Positions 61,248 to 64,000 of a stretch of DNA of 64,000 nt are shown one piece after another. Numbering within the stretch: the first letter of the stretch is position 1; every line of letters begins with the position of its first letter. A program made the translations under genes and the position numbers. The stretch is from Amoebophrya sp. A120 (taxonomy: Eukaryota > Protista > Dinoflagellata), in NCBI GenBank assembly GCA_905178155.1, contig CAJINV010000013.1:858344-922343 (forward strand). The letters run 5' to 3'. Under the pieces are notes generated by a model. The model had not been told where the DNA came from and searched no databases. It saw nothing but the letters and a program-made list of their open reading frames with translations.

Positions 61248-62473
61248 ATGTCAATGGCCCTGCGCGATAAGTCCAGAAAGACTTGCGGACCGATCGGTGC
61301 CGTAGTTGTCTCGTCCTTCATCTTCCTAACCGTAACTGTTCACGCCGACGGAACCTCGGGAAAAAATCCACCCGATGAGAAAATTTACCGCTTGCAGCTG
61401 CAAAAGTGCCGCCACCACGACGGCTTTTCCATTCACGGGCTGTGGCCGGAATGGGCGGAGTTCTGCGACGGGGAAAAGTTTGACATGGAGAATATGAGAG
61501 TGCACAACTCCCCCTCCACCTCGTTTGTATGGCATAAACAGCACTGGAGCCGCCTGCAAGAGTGCAGCTTTTGCATGGCAAATTTTCACAGGACTGTAGT
61601 GGTGTTTCGGCAGCTATCAGAATCTGTCATGCAGACAGTGCCACAAGGCAGCGACTGGATTTGGCATTTTGCATGACAAATGAATGGGAGGGGGTGGAGT
61701 TGTGCACTCTCATAAAGAAAGTCAAGGATTTAGTTCCGAAAATGGACCACGAGTGGTTTAGCTGCGCAAAACAAGAAGCATCTTCTCGCGGTCGCAGCTA
61801 CAGTTCCTTCCGAGGCACGACCAGCAATACCGAGACCACAGTGACGAAAAACCAGGATGACAAAAATGATTGGTTTTGGACGCACGAGTGGAAGCGGCAC
61901 GGAACCTGCAGCGAGTTCGACGAACACACGTACTTCCAAACCGCACTGCAACTTTTCGAACAATTTTCCCCCAAATGCGACCAGACCGAGAACTTGTGCC
62001 ACTTTTGTTTGATGCAGAACGGTCGTGCTGACAGTTCTAGCAAAAACAAGCCTGCTGGTTCGTGGGTCGAGACGAAGTGTCCGTACTGGCGCGGCGGAAA
62101 AAGCGATAAGTTGTCTTCTGCACATGATCACCAGCAGGATAATTCCTACCACACTTCCTCGTCCTATTACAACACGATTTACGAAAATGGGTCGCTGTTT
62201 GATCGTTTTCTCCATGGCGTGAAGCGGATCTTCGGCGGCAGCAGTACCGCGGAAAACGAAAATCAACATGAGCATGACGGTAAAAATAGTAGGCCGCGTG
62301 AAGATGCTAGTACCTCTTCTACTCGTGCTGTGGTGCAACTTGATATCGAGTTCGAGAACAAAGCTAGGAGCGCCGTTTTTGCATCATCTTCCAAATCTGT
62401 TGAATCTGATCAGAAGACGGTGACGCACACGAAGAGCGCGACTGGTGGTAGTTCCAGCGAAGTGTATTCGTAG
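61248..62473 (+). CDS. Ribonuclease T2 family protein with signal-like N-terminus
   Basis: CAS I FSIHGLWP and CAS II FWTHEWKRHGTCS. The two ORFs join (FDME|KVKDL) after removing 61493-61719. Confidence 0.93.
61493..61714. mobile_element. Introner-like TIR element
   Basis: Perfect 19-bp TIR TATGAGAGTGCACAACTCC. Direct repeat GAGAA/AAGAA (4/5). Confidence 0.93.
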
Positions 62474-63355
62474 AAGCAGTTCGAAACAAGGACTATTACA
62501 TACTGGAACTGCACTAGCTGCAGAACTAAGACTCTTTAGCATGTAGATCATTTCAATTTGCATAGAGAAGCATAACCTTTGATGACGTATCGAATTCCCA
62601 TTCTTGCAGAATATATTGAGGAAGCCTGCTACGCATTTGTACTCCCCGAAATCTTCGCGTTTGCGTTTATGTTTGTAGATTTGATTTTGTTGATTTTCCA
62701 ACTTGCATTTTCGCAGTACTACAACTTGTGTTTTGCAGGAAGAATTCGGCGTGAAAGACGTGAAGATGTTTTCGCAGTTTTTCAGAGTTTTCACATTCGC
62801 ATCCCAGTCGCAGGTCGTAAGTAGCTACCTGATCTCGTCGTCCTGCCCTTGATAATTGACTTATTGAGACAGCTCAGCTGCTGATGATGTTCTTCGCAAA
62901 CGGAGATGATCCTCCTCGTGCCAATCAAAAACTCGTGTAGTATAATCAGTTTCGCTGTCGTTCGTTTGGTGAGAAGCAAATAGAGACTTCACAGCTCTGA
63001 ACGCCCTGCCTTCTACGGCTTCGAGCCTTCTTGTAGTGCCAAACTCGATGAGCACAGACAGGAGATATCGTAGTCTTTCTACCAAGTAGATGAGAGGGTC
63101 GTCGCGGTCATCGTCTGAAGATGCGTAAAATGAAACGTAAGACAAGCGGGTCGTGTGGTTCCATTTGATCAATGAATAACTCTTGCGAGGGCATTCATAA
63201 TTGCGAAATCACAATCCATCGTACTCAATGAAACGGCAAATGCTAATGCAGTAGAAAAATCTTTCGCGTTTTTTCGCCTTTGCTTTTTGCAAGACTTGCC
63301 TCGTCATCTGTCTAAAAGCTTTTTGCTTTGCGAGACACACAAAAACCCTGCCAAG

Positions 63356-63869
63356 ATGTTGGACTTGATGACTCTCGGTTTCTCCATGGGCTTGCAGTCC
63401 GAAATGCAGAACATCCGCAAGGAGTCCGAGTGTGGGAATGTGTTCGACAGCTCGGTGGAAGAAGCGGAAACCACCACCGTCTTCTCCACGGCGGCTTCCG
63501 CGGTCGAATCGGCGCTGCATTCCGTCGAGAACGCGGCTTCGGTGGTTCTGTCCGCCCTGACGCCCAGTGCCGAGCAGGTGGATCAGGTACGACTGGAGTT
63601 TCTCGTACTGCTGTGCTCCGTCCTGAGCAGTTCCGCGCAAAAACAATCATGAATCAATCACTTCGGTGCTCTTGATGAAGAAATCTTTGTCATAGTCATA
63701 CTTACATAGTACGTGATGAATTCCGTATAGCTATACATAGTCAGCCTCACTCTGTCGTGCAAAAACGCATTGTACAACATCGCAACCAAAAAAGGTGATG
63801 TCCTGCTTCACCACCACCACCGTGCCGCAGCTGGACTTGACTCTGCCGCTGAAGCCGAAGAAGATGTGA
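63356..63869 (+). CDS. Small hypothetical protein (~101 aa), 2 exons
   Basis: ATG at 63356. GT-AG intron 63587-63794 (phase 0) joins EQVDQ|VMSCF...KPKKM*. Confidence 0.6.
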
Positions 63870-64000
63870 AGTTTTTCACATGTTGTGAAACAAACCGCCG
63901 GATAGAGAAGAAAATGTGACTTAGTCACAAGCAAGAAAAAAAGGTAGTATGATAACGTTTCAACGACCGATTTCAATACACTTGAGACCTCACTTAATAG

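Overview
Eukaryotic, intron-containing DNA with every recognisable gene on the + strand. Many introns are non-canonical: they are bounded by terminal inverted repeats (TAT...ATA) and 5-bp direct repeats. This architecture matches what is described for the parasitic dinoflagellate Amoebophrya (an inference; the taxon is not given). Host genes: an ankyrin-repeat protein (4.1-6.9 kb), a large coiled-coil protein (8.4-13.7 kb), an EF-hand fragment, NAA30, an RNase T2 and two small hypothetical genes. The centre (about 16-55 kb) is a nest of mobile elements. (i) A 3.7-kb non-coding element with split direct repeats (A-body-B-A-x-B). (ii) A very large tyrosine-recombinase (DIRS-order) retrotransposon, about 20.6-55.3 kb (about 15 kb net), with small accessory ORFs, a spliced ~1216-aa ORF1, RT-RNase H and YR. 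Nested in its ORF1 are (iii) a 1.8-kb fold-back TIR element and (iv) a 16.7-kb hAT-like DNA transposon (~85-bp TIRs, 8-bp TSD with one mismatch). Element (iv) carries a spliced ~1843-aa transposase, a ~741-aa ParB/Srx-like gene and a third gene. Its TATGG...CCATA ends share TAT...ATA with the intron-forming elements, so it is a candidate autonomous partner. All gene models were assembled by eye from reading-frame continuity and need RNA-seq confirmation.
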